A stretch of DNA of 64,000 nt from Eledone cirrhosa (GCA_964016885.1 OZ024743.1:123752001-123816000), one strand, 5' to 3'. Positions 27,375-44,931 are shown, counted from the first letter of the stretch. The notes: generated from the letters alone by a model not told the origin. Made by a program: numbers and translations.

Positions 27375-28050
27375 GCTGAGTTCCTCCGCCCTTTGCCGGG
27401 TCTTGCATTTCATCCCGCAGGGTGTCCAAATATGACCCACCGGCAACCAAGCTTGCTTGGTGGGGTTGCCGGTTTAATCGCCGACGACCCGACGATGAGA
27501 TAGGTTGTACTGGGTTACATGTTACCAGTAGCACTCGAGATGGCAACGGCCATCCAAATAGTACTTGTTTTTAACCTGTGAGTGAAAGGCCCCCAGTTGT
27601 TGTCACAATACCTTTCAGAGAGAGGGAAACTCTGAAAAAACCTGCGGCTTCGGAAGCATCCGATGATGTTGACTAGTTCTCCTTTTCGGGTAGTGTTTTC
27701 GATGCTCAGAGAGTGGGATTGGTCGAGTGCAAGGTCTTTCCCCACTTAAGAAACCTTCAAAGCACAAGCATTGCTTGTTCAGTCTGTTACAGGTTTGTGT
27801 GACTGACCGGTGCCTAAATGTCTGAAACCTGACAAGCGATTGCAGTATTCTTAGCAGAGTTTGCAGCCATCGTGTAAGTATGTATTATATATATATGGAT
27901 GGATGGATGGATGGATGGATGGATGGATGGATGGATGGATGGATGGATGGATGGGCTCGTAACTCCTGATGGAGTCGTTGGAGCACCGTAGTGACATATA
28001 GTGCGTCTTGTGTATTTTAAACCTGGTGGAACCCATCCCATCTCAAGGAA
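27375..28050 (-). mobile_element. Probable RTE 5' UTR remnant, interrupted by (GGAT)n and lying in (TATG)n
   Basis: Homologous to 57655-57935 and to 59420-59600, which precedes RTE RT sequence. Confidence 0.55.
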
Positions 28051-28190
28051 AGACTATATATGTATGCATGTATGTATGTTTGTTTGTAAGTATGCATGTA
28101 TGTATGTATGTTTGTTTGTAAGTATGCATGTATGTATGTATGTATGTATGCATGTATGCATGTATGTTTGTAAGTATGTATGTATGTATG

Positions 28191-28256
<66 letters not shown>

Positions 28257-28720
28257 TGTATGTGAGTTCGTTTAATCGGAGCCATTTCAAATTAAAAATA
28301 ATTATATAGCAATAAGAAATATATTGCAATGGCTGATCAACAATTTATGTTTGTGTAATTCAAATAATTAATTAATATTCATATTTTTAAAACATGGTAT
28401 TTCCGAGAAGAAATTAAAAATGAAATTTTATTATCACACATCTCAAGTTACTGTGTAGACTGCTGTGTTTCGGTAAGTACTGCACTCCCTTCAAAAGACT
28501 TCTGGCTCAGCTTAAATCCACTCCCTACATAGCTTACATATAGAATGAACTAACTCAAATGATTTTCATGGCTCCATTTCTGTGTATGTAGATAGTTTCT
28601 GTATGGCAGTGTGTGTTTCTTTGAGATTTTCTCGTCGGGCGGTTTCCTCGTTTAATTAACTTCAACGGCTTCTTTATGTCTTTAGTTTGATATAAAATAC
28701 ACACATACACACACAGACAA

Positions 28721-28840
<120 letters not shown>

Positions 28841-28885
28841 TTGTATGTATGTATATATATATATATAAAATATATATATATATAA

Positions 28886-28918
<33 letters not shown>

Positions 28919-29666
28919 ATATATATGTATGTGTGTGTGTTTGTGAAAGAGAGAGAGAGGGCGTGTGTACATGTGTGTGTATCTGGTATATACTTGCAAG
29001 CGAGTGTATCTGTGTCTATATAAATTTTTTTTTTTCTTGGTGGTTTCAGCTTCCTGAGAGTGTCATGCTTGGATGCCACTATCAAAACTCAAATAGCGCT
29101 AGATCAGTAAATATATATGTATGCCTGGGTGAGTGGGTGTTTGTGTTGAGAGCGCATGTGTGGGGAAGGGGTTGATGCGATTCGGTGGGTACCTGTCCAG
29201 AATTTGGCAAATTACTCAATAAAGATGAACATTTTCTTATGATATAATAAGGATGATCAAAATGTTGAAAGACTTGAAAATAAAAACAAATTTTATTCAT
29301 TAATATATATATACATATTTAATATAGAAATGTCCTCTACGGGACTAGAACTGTTTCAGTTCTAGTCCTGCAGAAGCCATTTCTATATTAAATATTTATA
29401 CTCTGCTATGTATTGAGTACCTTACTTACTCTGTTACCCTCGATTCAACTCGGGATATATATATATATATCCCGGGTTCAATCGGGGGTAATACAGTAAG
29501 TAAGGTACTCAATATATATACGTGTATATATACCGTCGAAACGGCTTGAGCTCAGCCGTCGGGGTCCTACTCGTTCCTATTACCCACTCTACTACCCTAA
29601 GTATTGAGTACTTTGGTGCGTTATGGTCCACCTGGTTCCTTACCACATTTCCTCCGTTATATATAC

Positions 29667-30313
29667 ATATCACGATAAATTAACGGAGCCATAGACTCTC
29701 GTTATTCCCTGTCAATAATCTGCTCAAAGGAAAAGGAATCCTGAGCTCTTTAAAATACAATATGTTGAAAAGGTAACACACTAGAGAGAGATAGTGTGCC
29801 ATCAATAAAACAGGGAAAACCACCAGTGTATGGAGTCTATAATCTATGGAAGGCAGGGTAGACACACAATAATTAAAAATATAAATTAAAATATATATAC
29901 GCACCTCTATAACTATATAACACACGCGTACAAATCCAAAGAGATCTGTTTCGCCAGGAAGTTGTTGACTGAAATAGAATAGCCTATGGTTCATCAGCGC
30001 GTGCAAGACTATACATTCTAGACACCTCTAAGAGAATCTAAAGCGACCGTCCAGCTACACGCGGCAGAGAGACGTCACAGCGTGTTTAGGGCAGTGAACC
30101 AGTGGTATCTGCGGGACGTGTTGCTAGAAAGGGCAGCCCAAAAACCACTCAAAGAAGTGTGCTCAACCAAACAGAGAGAGAGGAAAGACTGTTATAAGGA
30201 GCTAAATATCACGATAAATTAACGGAGCCATAGACTCTCGTTATTCCCTGTCAATAATGTCTCAAAGGAAGAGGAATCGTGAGCTCTTTAAAATGCAATA
30301 TGTTGAAAGGGTA
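29667..30313 (-). mobile_element. ORF-less 539-bp unit with about 105-bp terminal direct repeats and a hammerhead (retrozyme-like or tandem pseudo-LTR)
   Basis: 29667-29775 is repeated at 30206-30313; hammerhead at 29922-30004. Confidence 0.7.
29922..30004 (-). ncRNA. Full type I hammerhead ribozyme
   Basis: GCACGCG-CTGATGA-ACCA…TGGC-GAAA-CAGATC-TCTTTG-GATTTG-TA-CGCGTGT; stem I 7 bp, stem III 6 bp plus A-U; GUA site. Confidence 0.85.
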
Positions 30314-30424
30314 TGTGTGTGTGTGTGCATATGTATGTGTGCGTGTTTGCGTGTGTTTGAAGCAATGTTGTGGGTCCAGATTTTGTTGATAGCAATAACA
30401 ACGACTACATTATCAATGATGGTG

Positions 30425-30570
30425 ACAAATTAGCAGAACCATCAGATAGAAGGTTTTGCTGCATTTGTTTCGGCCCTCTGCTTTCTGAGTTGAAATATCA
30501 CCGAACTCAACTTTAACTGTCAGCTTTTCTAGACCGATAAATAAAGTACCAGCCCTGTACTGAGGTCGTA
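30425..30570 (+). mobile_element. Degenerate Meta-type SINE
   Basis: CTGAGTTGAAATATCACCG…CGATAAATAAAGTACCAG. Confidence 0.55.
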
Positions 30571-30659
30571 ATTTCCTCTATACTTTCTTCCTCTATTTCT
30601 CACTTCCTCTCTCTCTTTCATTCTCTCGCCTTCTCTGAAAGAAATCGGCAGTGTTTAGA

Positions 30660-31345
30660 CATGAATAGGAATCGGCTACACTAGTTTAAATTCCCCTACA
30701 ACACCATCAATTACAGTTTGGGACATGCACAGTATCGGTGGTTACGTTTAGTCCCAGATGACGGCATGCTGGTACAGTATTGTCGCCATTATGGCTGTTG
30801 CAATTGAAATGACGGCATCGATTATAAACATACTGTCACCTGGGGTCAAATGTAAGCAAGGCACCACTTGGTATGCAATTTTGGTGGAGATATATGTTGC
30901 TATGTAGATGACAGTAATATGTAGAAAGACAAGAAAGTGTGGGGAATAGATAACGAGTTTGTATTTGAGGTTCGGATAGGACGAGGGTGCACTTCAATGC
31001 TTTTAGTTTGAATGTTTTTTTTTCTGTGTAAGCGGAGTCAGTTGTGGATCAATAGTTTTGAGATATTGTGAGGGTGTTATTTTTACTACCATTTTTATTC
31101 TGACAACGTCTTTGTTGTGCTATGTTACCTATAACTAATTGTTACAGTATATCTGTTGGTGATCATATGGTATACGTACATGGGCAATGTTTATATGTAT
31201 TCTTCAGTCGATATTTCAATTCGCCTGATGAGCCATTGAAACTATTGTTACATAGTGGTATATAATTAAGAATTTTGAGCCTGATCAATGGCTGAACACG
31301 TGTATCGGAATAAACATATGTTAAACTTGATATCTCTCATTTCTG
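30660..31345 (+). mobile_element. Degenerate PLE 3' end with a decayed hammerhead at 31218-31310
   Basis: CTGATGA-GCCATTGA…TCAATGGC-TGAAC-ACGT-GTA; faint GIY-YIG-like traces upstream; ends in TG/TA repeats. Confidence 0.5.
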
Positions 31346-31431
<86 letters not shown>

Positions 31432-32084
31432 TTGTGTATATATATATATATGTCGTCGAAACGGCTTGAGCTCTTAGTATTGAGTACTCTGGTGCGTTAT
31501 GGTCCACCTGGTTCCTTACCACAACTCCTTCGTTATGTGAATATATATATATAAACACACATATATATATATGAAAAGATTCAGGACCCCGATGGCTACG
31601 TTCCGGCCATTCGACAGCTAGATCCATGGTATCTTACCACACCCTCTTTGTTTTAATATATATATACATATATATAGGGAGAGAGAGAGAGAGGGGTTGA
31701 GGCTTAGGGGATGTTGTGTATAAATATACACATATAGAACGTACATGTCAGTAGATTGACTGCCAACTTATTTTTCAGAAAATTACTGTTAATTTATAAA
31801 CCGAGTTAATTCGAGAACCGTCATATTCGACGCCATGATGTTCTGGGCTTACTGTATTTGCAAATCCTCATTTTACTACCTTGAGTTCTAAACGATTAGG
31901 CACATCTACGTATTCTAAATGACTGACCTTGTTTTGCAATTGTGAATATCTAGAATGCAGAACGGTAATGTCAGAACATTTCTATAGTGACAGGATGTAG
32001 ACCGCAATGGACTAAATCTTGAAAAGATTTTTTTCAAATTCAATCCAGTAATCTGGATATGATTGGAATAATTACCAGAGTACG

Positions 32085-32452
32085 TCGTGTCACCTCTCCT
32101 GTTCATAAACTTCATGAATAGGATCGGCATGCGTAGCCGGGTTTGGAGTGGTATCAAGACTGGTGAGTGTAGGATCAGTCTGCTGGAATTTGCAGGTGAC
32201 ATGGTGTTGCCTAACACGTCAGAAGGGGATCTCCGACAAGCATTTGATAGAGTTGCTCCAAGTAGAGTCACTGTTTCTCTGGATCAGGGGATCACAGCTC
32301 CGATACTACGGATATGTGATTATGTCTCAGGAAAGAATTTAGGGGGAAAAAAACCAACCTCAGGAAACCGAAGATGGTTGGATAATATCCATAAGGTCGG
32401 CTGATCTCGCTTGGAGATCCAGCTGGATCAATTGGAGATGGTTACTTCTGGC
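32085..32452 (+). mobile_element. Internally deleted RTE fragment followed by (GAA)n
   Basis: SPLLFINFMNRI…ISLLEFAGD; same family as 12183-12662 and 59670-60420. Confidence 0.7.
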
Positions 32453-32894
32453 GAAGAAGAAGAAGAAGAAGAAGAAGAAGAAGAAGAAGAAGAAGAAGAA
32501 GAAGAAGAAGAAGAAGAAGAAGAAGAAGAAGAAGAAGAAGAAGAAGAAGAAGAAGAAGAAGAAGAAGAAGAAGAAGAAGAAGAAGAAATTTTTGTTAGAA
32601 TCGCTCTTTGTCTAACCTCTAGTTAACGAGACATAATCACACGCACAATATATATATATATATATATATATAAAGATTTACATATACATAAACTAGAGAA
32701 AGTCATAGATATATATATATATATATATGTTTTTGGCAAACATTCACGATGTGGCTCAATGACGAATTAATTAATTAAATAATCAACAATCAGAGCAATA
32801 TACAATAAAGTATGTCCATAGAATCATTTGATAAAATATATACACCATTTCCTCTCCCAATCAGCATAATCAACCACACAAAAAAAACAATTAA

Positions 32895-33351
32895 ACCAGG
32901 CTATAAGATTAAAAGACACCTAGGGAGAAATAATAAATAAATAAACGACAGCTATCTATTCGCGATCAACAGCCAGCATTTCCAATAGCACGTGGGAATC
33001 GATTAAATATATCGTCAACCATACACAATTAGGTATAAAATCAAAGTTAGAAGAAAAAAATGTATATAAACATACCAAAATTACATTTCTATCCCATAGA
33101 GTTTCATTCGCTTTTGGAAATATCTATTATTTCTTCATAGGTGTCTTTTAATCTTATATGTACACATTAAAGAAAAATCTTCGTCCAAGTGAGTTTGTTT
33201 CCTGATGATTTCGAAGCTTGTGAATTTATCCTAGATCGGATATTTCCAAAATTTTGGTATGTTGATATACATTTTTTCTTCTAACTTTGATTTTATACTT
33301 AATTGTGTATGGTTGACGATATATTTAATCGATATATTTAATCGATTCCCA
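32895..33351. repeat. Imperfect inverted-repeat complex, probable PLE pseudo-LTR
   Basis: About 32995-33075 is inverted at about 33263-33351; 32904-32922 is inverted at 33138-33156; CTGATGA at 33202. Confidence 0.6.
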
Positions 33352-35466
33352 ACATAGATAATTTCAGGCCCATAACTCTGCTAAACACAGAGTTCAAGAT
33401 TTTGGCCATGGTGTTAGCAAAGAGGTTGGTGCTTGTCGTTGGTGGTCTGGTGGGAGAGGCGCAGACATGCGCCATTCCCGACAGATCCATCCACGACAAC
33501 CTCCACCTCATGCGATACACCGTAGAGAGGGTGGCTAGGGAACCTGGCACGGGTGGGTCCTTGATCAATTTAGATCAGTCGAAAGCTTTCGATAGGGTCG
33601 ACCATCGCTACCTAGCGGCAGTCCTGAAGGCGGCTGGCTTTGGGCCTTCTTCAGAGGCTGGAACGCTGCCATGCACAACGACATCTGCTCTGTGGTGAGA
33701 GTGAACGGTCACCTTTCGGAACCGTTCAACATCATGCGCTCGGTCCGCCAATGATGTCCCCTCTCGTCCCTCTTGTACGTATTGACTCTCGAGCCTTTAC
33801 TGCACAAAATGGAGACGTTGAGGGGGGGTCCCGCGCGAACTAGGATGCGGAAGATCCGTGTCAGCATATGCGGACGATGTCACCGTAGTGGTGTCGAACG
33901 CCAAACACATCGAGGCGATCGGCACTACACTAAGAGAATACGAAGCGGTGACAGGAGCAATGATCAACCACCAAAAGTCAGTGGGCCTGCAGCTCGGCAC
34001 CTGGAGAGGCAGGTCCATGCCCTCCAACAGCGTCGTCGGGCGCTGGACGGACGGACCGGTTAAATTGCTAGGGGTCTGGTTCGGTCCGGACCTCCAGACG
34101 GACAAAAACTGGGACGAGGTGACGAGCAGGGTGGTTTCTCTCACCCAGAAATGGGCGGAGAGGAAGCTATTCCTGAAAAGTCGAGCGGAGGTGGCTAACG
34201 CGTACATCGCGTCCGTCATCTATTACCGCCTGACCGTCGTACCTTGTCCTAAGCCCCGCCTGACTGCGCTGGAGCGTTTGCTCTTTCGCTTTTTGCGAAA
34301 GGGACGCGCTCCGATGGTCAGGCAGTCCATCTGCTGTCAACACCCGTTACGTGGAGGGCTGGGCATGCCGTGGCTGATGATGCGCAGGCACGCGCTCAGG
34401 CTACGACATCTCCACCTCTTCCTCGACGGTAATCAGGTGTGGTCGCCGTTTGCTAGACGCGTCTTTCCCCAGATCGTCTCCTTGACGGAGCTGCAGTCCT
34501 GGGTGAGGCGAAGACCGAGAGGCAGCGCTTGGAGACTGGAATGTCTTCAGGCGCTCACAGCCCTCGACCAATCGAGTAATGTGATCGGTAGAAACTCCAC
34601 CTCGGCGTTCTATAGAGGATTAGTGGAGTGGAAGAGCGACGACGTACTTGGGGAAACTCTAGGCGTCGACGAAAATCAACTAGCCAATCTCTTCGGAAGG
34701 ACTTTCGGGCCGGGGCCTATGGACAACTTCCAGGAATCCCTGGCCTGGCAGTGCTACCGAGGAGCTTTGCCAGTTCGGGATAAACTCTACAGGCATGGAG
34801 GTGCCGTCAGCCGGGTATGTCCGAGATGCGCGCAGGGCGACGAAACCGTCCTGCACGCACTCGTCCAATATCCGAGCATTGCTTACTTGTGCGTTTATGT
34901 TGAACACCTGCTGTCACGTGTAGGACGGATCCAGCTATCAGCTGAGTCCATCGTGAGGATTGCCCCGCCTTCTTCTTTTAGCCGGGAAGGGCAGGAAGTT
35001 TTTATCTGTCTGGTGGCCATGGCGAAAGAGATAGTATGGTGGACACGTTTGAAAGGGCTGAAGACGAGCACTTACCTCTTCGGTGATGCCCTGATTAACT
35101 TTTTCAAATTTCATTTGAAAAGGAAAATCAGGGTAGAGAGGGAAGTGCTCTCTTCCCAGCATTTCGTTGAAAGATGGGTGAGAGAAGCAAGAATGGCCCT
35201 GAGTATGTGTCTGTAAATTAAAGGTGGAAAACTGGGAGAGGGCACTTGCCCTGGTGATCAGGGTCACTGTGGCTTTTTAATGGGCTTTCTCCACGAATGT
35301 CCCTCGGAAGTCTCCCCCCTATTGGGGAATTTTTTCATTGTTCTATTATTACATCCTCTGTTTTTTGTTTTTTTACACGCAGAAATGCCCTTTTGTACCG
35401 TCCTGTATTGTCCTGTACTGTCCTTAATGTATACTTTGTGTAAACCCTTGTGGTTAATAAAGAAAG
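33352..35466 (+). mobile_element. Tx1/L1-clade LINE, copy 2 (5' truncated, distinct subfamily)
   Basis: NFRPITLLN…LDQSKAFDRVDH…YADD…CPRC…H; frameshifts; ends AATAAAGAAAG then (ATT)n. Confidence 0.9.
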
Positions 35467-35478
35467 CATTATTGTTAA

Positions 35479-35511
<33 letters not shown>

Positions 35512-35600
35512 CTACATTCCTTACTTCAAACTAAAATATGTTGACAATCTTTTAATAATGTCTTCCTTGTGAAATTTGTGGTCTTGTTTTGCTTAACTAA

Positions 35601-36643
<1,043 letters not shown>

Positions 36644-36644
36644 C

Positions 36645-38510
<1,866 letters not shown>

Positions 38511-38534
38511 ACAAGAAGAAGAAGAAGAAGAAGA

Positions 38535-38655
38535 ATGAAAGGTAAAGTTGACTTCGGCGGAATTTGAACTCTTAATGTAAAGAGCCATAAGAAATACCAC
38601 ATGGCCATAAGAGCCATAAGAAATACCATCCGGCACTTTGCCAATTCTGCCAAAC
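38535..38655 (-). mobile_element. Meta-type SINE fragment
   Basis: AAAGTTGACTTCGGCGGAATTTGAACTC. Confidence 0.65.
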
Positions 38656-39134
38656 CATTCAGAACCCTTTTATTATATTAAAGTAGAAAAAAAAACAATG
38701 GAGACATTTGATATATTTTCCTACGCTTACTGAAAGGAAATTAACTCGTAAAATATAAACTGTGTCCAATTAATTGATTTATTTATTTAAACGATTTTCT
38801 TATCCTTTTTTTTTTTTTCATGAGATATATAGGGAAATAAAAAAATTATATATATATTTATTTATTTATTTATTTTTAAGTCACACAAATCAACAATTTC
38901 ATATTTATTTGTATATTCCAGTACAGCTGTTTTATTGCTCTAAGTTTTAACCACAGTAATTAGTATTTTTTGCATATACACACTCTTATATTTTGACTGT
39001 GTACGTGTGTGTGTGATAGAGAGAGTGCGGATATATATATAAATAATAACAGATTAAAGTTTAAGTAATAATCGGTGCTTTCACCCTTAACGGGAACTTC
39101 TGATATTATTATTATTACTATATATATATATTTG

Positions 39135-39307
39135 ATATAGAAATTCTTCTACAGGACTAGAACTGTTTCATTCGGGAGAAATCATCAGGGCTTCCTGATG
39201 ATTTCTTCCGAATGAAACAGTTCTAGTCCTGTAGAAGAATTTCTAAATATTTATACTCTGCTAAGTATCGAGTACCTTATTTATAGTAGTTACCCCCGAT
39301 TGAACCC

Positions 39308-39308
<1 letters not shown>
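39135..39308. mobile_element. Family B fold-back pseudo-LTR with hammerhead cores on both strands
   Basis: Plus: GGCTTC-CTGATGA(39195-39201)-TTTCTTCCGAAT-GAAA-CAG-TTCTAGTC-CTG-TA-GAAG; palindrome centre about 39191. Confidence 0.8.
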
Positions 39309-39361
<53 letters not shown>

Positions 39362-39486
39362 CATATATATATATATATATATGAAAAAGTAAGTCCTTCA
39401 TCAGTGACCCTCCAACCGTCCCAGGCATTTCATCGCATTAAGGGCCATATATAAAAGAATAGAGGTGTAACACACGAGTTATGATA

Positions 39487-40071
<585 letters not shown>

Positions 40072-40275
40072 ATAAATGGCAACATGAATGGACCTGTTAT
40101 TTTTATCTAAAGAGATTTTTTTCCAATTCCAACCCGCCGCCCGTCCCTTCAATCTATCTTATTTCTCCTTCTTACTTTTGATGAAGGACTAGCGTCTTCC
40201 TTCTATTTCAAGCGTTAACCTAATATTTTCCTTCCATATATTGTACCGATTGTGTTGTTATTTCAGTTTACCTTT

Positions 40276-40349
<74 letters not shown>

Positions 40350-40358
40350 ATCCAAGAT

Positions 40359-40444
40359 GTGAAAGTGAACAGGTTTAAATTAACTTCGTTTATTCATATT
40401 CAATATGAATTAAACGAAGTTAATTTTAACCTGTTGACTTACAC
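40359..40444. repeat. Imperfect palindrome of about 85 bp
   Basis: AACAGGTTTAAATTAACTTCGTTTATTCATAT / ATATGAATTAAACGAAGTTAATTTTAACCTGTT. Confidence 0.75.
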
Positions 40445-40719
40445 TTTTTGGTTTAAATTACTCCGGAGGACGAAACAGACTCACCTGCACATTTCTTTGA
40501 GTGCTCTAACCTGTGTCGGTAAGCAACTAACACATATTCAAATATATATATGTGTGTGTGTGTGTATACAGAGAGAGAGAGAAAGAAAGAGAGAGAGGGG
40601 GGAGGCAGGTGATATTTTTTTTACTGTTTTTACTCATTTTTCTACAGCCATATCTTTGATATAGTCGTGCAGCTCAATTTCGAATCTACACCAGAGCCAT
40701 GTTACTGAAGTAGACTATA

Positions 40720-40860
40720 TTGACCCTAGTACGCTTTTTCGACTTCGAATGGATGAAAGGCAAATTGACCTGGTGGGATTTGAACTCAGCGGGTTGAGAC
40801 CGGAACGAATGCCGCAAAGCATTCTATCCGACGTTCTAACGATTATGCCAATTCGCCGCT
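40720..40860 (-). mobile_element. Meta-type SINE
   Basis: GGATGAAAGGCAAATTGACC…GGATTTGAACTCAG…GCCAATTCGCCGC. Confidence 0.72.
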
Positions 40861-40949
40861 TTACCATTCTATGACAACTGTTTATTACGACTGAAAACTT
40901 TGAATAAAATCTTTTTTTACATCTTTCATAATATACATACTACGTAAAG

Positions 40950-41240
40950 GGGTTGTAGTTGCTGCATATTGTAGTTGGTGTATATTGTTTAATGTCTATT
41001 CTGATACAGCTGTAGCTTGAAAGACTCCGTCTCCCCCATACTCATATGGGTTAGAGGCTGGCATATATGGACCATGTCTGAGGTAGGAAATATGGATGAT
41101 GTCTTAGTTCTAATATAGACATTTAGTTCATGATTGGCTTTGTTTTTACGAATGATTTTTTTTACGAGTTTGGAATCTGATGGTCTTATCCACCAGATGT
41201 TTTGTCTGATGTTGGCTTTGTTTTCTGGGTGTATTATTTA
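40950..41240 (-). pseudogene. Possible highly degenerate PLE GIY-YIG fragment
   Basis: Spacing of residual motifs resembles 49285-49935; many indels. Confidence 0.3.
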
Positions 41241-41247
41241 GGTATAG

Positions 41248-41436
41248 GGCGGTGGATTGGCAGTATTGGTAGAGGATCAGACACCATGCTTTCCGGCATA
41301 GTTACGTCCCTTTACGATCTGAGTTCAAATCCCGCCGAGGTTGACTTTGCCTTTCATCCTTACGGGGTCGATAAAATAAAGTACCAGTAATACACTGGGT
41401 AATTGCTGGCCTTGTGCCTATAGTAGAAACAATTAT
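41248..41436 (+). mobile_element. Meta-type SINE, full length
   Basis: GGCGGTGGATTGGCAGTATTGG…GAGTTCAAATCCCGCC…GCCTTTCATCCTTACGGGGTCGAT. Confidence 0.88.
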
Positions 41437-41616
41437 TTACGTATAGGGCATTTGGTGATTGCTCTGTGTTTGTTCTGGATGTGTCAGCATTCGGATTTGT
41501 GTGTTGGACGGTCCTACTTGTTTGTTTGCATATATATATATATTTGTAAATAGTATATATATGAGTAATGTATGTATATTTAGGGTAGTTATTGATGGTG
41601 AGTAAACTGATTGGAG

Positions 41617-42218
41617 TTTATATATCTCGGTCACAAACTATCATCAAACAACAATGGAATGGTTGCTGCGCAGTATCGCATCGCTCTAGGTTGGGCAGCT
41701 TTCAACAAGAACAAAGAAGTACTAACATCAAAACAAGTTTCCTATCATTTAAAAGCTAAGATCTTCGATACTTACATCCTACCAGTTGTGTTATATGGTC
41801 TTGAATGTGTTAATTGGATGACAAGGTCACTTCAGAAGCTCTCTACATTCCAGAACCACATCATGAGACTTGTGTCTGACAAGCGACTCAGTGACCGTAT
41901 CTGTATCAGTGAGCTGAGCTGCTCTGCAGTACCAGACTTAGACCAATTACATCAATTGTCAAGTCAAGAGTACTGAAACTATATGGTCAGATAAAAAGAT
42001 CAACTCGTGGTGTGAATAGGTTATGCTTGGAAGGCTGGTCAGAGAAGCAGAAGCCGGCAGCCAAAACAATGGCTTGATAATGTCAACCTATGGACTGGAC
42101 TTGATCTTTGCTCTTTAAACTCTGCTGTTGGTGATCGAACTTTGTGGAGAAAAATATCTCATGTTGATGCGCAGTCTGCAACTGTCGGAGTTTCGCGTCA
42201 AAGTAGTAATAAGTAAGT
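41617..42218 (+). mobile_element. 5'-truncated RTE LINE with TSD
   Basis: FIYLG…RIALGWAAF…LPVVLYGLE; TSD AGTAAACTGATTGGAG (41601) / AGTAAATTGATTGGAG (42219). Confidence 0.82.
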
Positions 42219-42683
42219 AGTAAATTGATTGGAGCAATAACGTATATATATATACGGGGAGTGCAGTTACCTCCTATCACATTTCACTCACAAAGCATTG
42301 CTGAATCCTAGATTCTAATAGAAATCGCTTGCCCAATTTGCCATGCAAAGGACTGAAACTGAAAAATGTGATCATGTATTTTAAATAATAATGTATGTAT
42401 TAAAATATATATAAATATTTTTGCCATGAAAGTATTCGAAATAGTCTCAGTTGTGCTGTGTAAATATGTATACAAATATACTGAGAAACACAGCCTCTAC
42501 TTGAAGATATCAAAATAGATATCTAATCAAAATTACCCCAGGTATTAATTAATGCTTCGTATGTCAGTAGCGATGAAACGAGAAAGGAAAATTGTACGAA
42601 CATGTTGGTATTCTATATAGACAGAATCAAATGAGCTGAAGAAATATATAGACTAGTAGATAAAATTTATAGGTGATGGGACT

Positions 42684-42757
<74 letters not shown>

Positions 42758-42900
42758 ACAGTTCTATTTAAAGTTGTTGGGATACAACAAGTAAATATTT
42801 TTAAATAATATAAACAAATCACAATCCAGACAGCCTCCAAAAGTAATGGTTGCATTTTAAAAGGGTACGTCAAAGCTATTTGTAAAACTGTTATATATTA

Positions 42901-42965
42901 TATTTTGTCTGATGAAGGCATACCATAATTTAATGTGGTATCTCTGAAATATGTATAATGAAATA
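42901..42965 (+). ncRNA. Type I hammerhead motif (family C relative)
   Basis: TATTTTGT-CTGATGA-AGGCATACCATA-ATTTAA-TGTGGTATCTCT-GAAA-TATGT-ATA-ATGAAATA. Confidence 0.72.
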
Positions 42966-43004
42966 AATATGGTTTTATAAATATAGTTTCCATTTATTAA
43001 TATC

Positions 43005-43985
<981 letters not shown>

Positions 43986-44873
43986 CTGTATATACACACA
44001 GATACATATATATGTGTGTATTAAACAATGAAAATAAAACAAAAGTCAGAAATAGGTAGTTAACTAGTTAATTGTTTTATAATACAATCGTTTCAGAGGG
44101 TTGATTGCTCGTGGTAAATTGATATATCGACTAGCAGGTCATGGTTATATCGCTGCCTGTTTTTAGTCGCGAAATCCCTGATTAATCTCACCGCCTTCCT
44201 CGAAATCAATGAACTATTATTTTATTTGCTATATATAGGGAGGCTGGAATATGCGAGCCCGGGTGTGCCAATCGAGGAAGAAATAGAAATATGATGTTAC
44301 ATGAATTAATTAAAAAGAAAGAGAGGTGGGAATAGTAGGCGGAGAATAGTTTGTAAAAGAATAATAAGGATATCATATATACATATAAACCGTATTAGAT
44401 GTGACTTCCTTTTAAGAGTTATATAAGTAGTGGGTGGAACAACGTGTATGCACCACTTCAAGAAACCAATATTAAATTTGAGGAATGCATGTCCCAAATC
44501 TAATAATAGTTGCCAGTGGAAATTTTATGATATGTGATTAAATTTATATTTTGCTATTGTATTTCGTTAGTTAAAATTGAAACGAACGTAGAAATTAATG
44601 TAATGATTTGAAGTGTTGTATTTGGTTTTCACCCAAATCAGCTTATACTCCGTATTTTTCAATAAATGATTAATTGCACTCAGCTTTTACGCTCTAGATA
44701 ACGAATGAGTGATATACCCACTCCTTTTCATTTACCATATATATATGAGAAACAACAACACGCGTTCGGCCAGCCCTCTCTATTATGAAAAGAAAACCTT
44801 TTTTAGGGAAAATTATTAGATTTTTCCAAATTCAAAGGTTTCTTATGAACTTTCTGTTTATTTTTAGGTTTTG

Positions 44874-44931
44874 CCGTCTGAAGAGCTCAGGCTATCATAA
44901 TTGATAGTCCTCAGTGAAATATGTATAACGG
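44874..44931 (+). ncRNA. Type I hammerhead motif
   Basis: CCGT-CTGAAGA-GCTCAGGCTATCA-TAAT-TGATAGTCCTCAGT-GAAA-TATGT-ATA-ACGG; (TA)n begins about 45 bp downstream. Confidence 0.75.

Noticed and set aside
39380-39415. CTGATGA on minus (and TTGATGAAGGAC at about 40178)
   Set aside because: No downstream GAAA or stem III; at most truncated remnants
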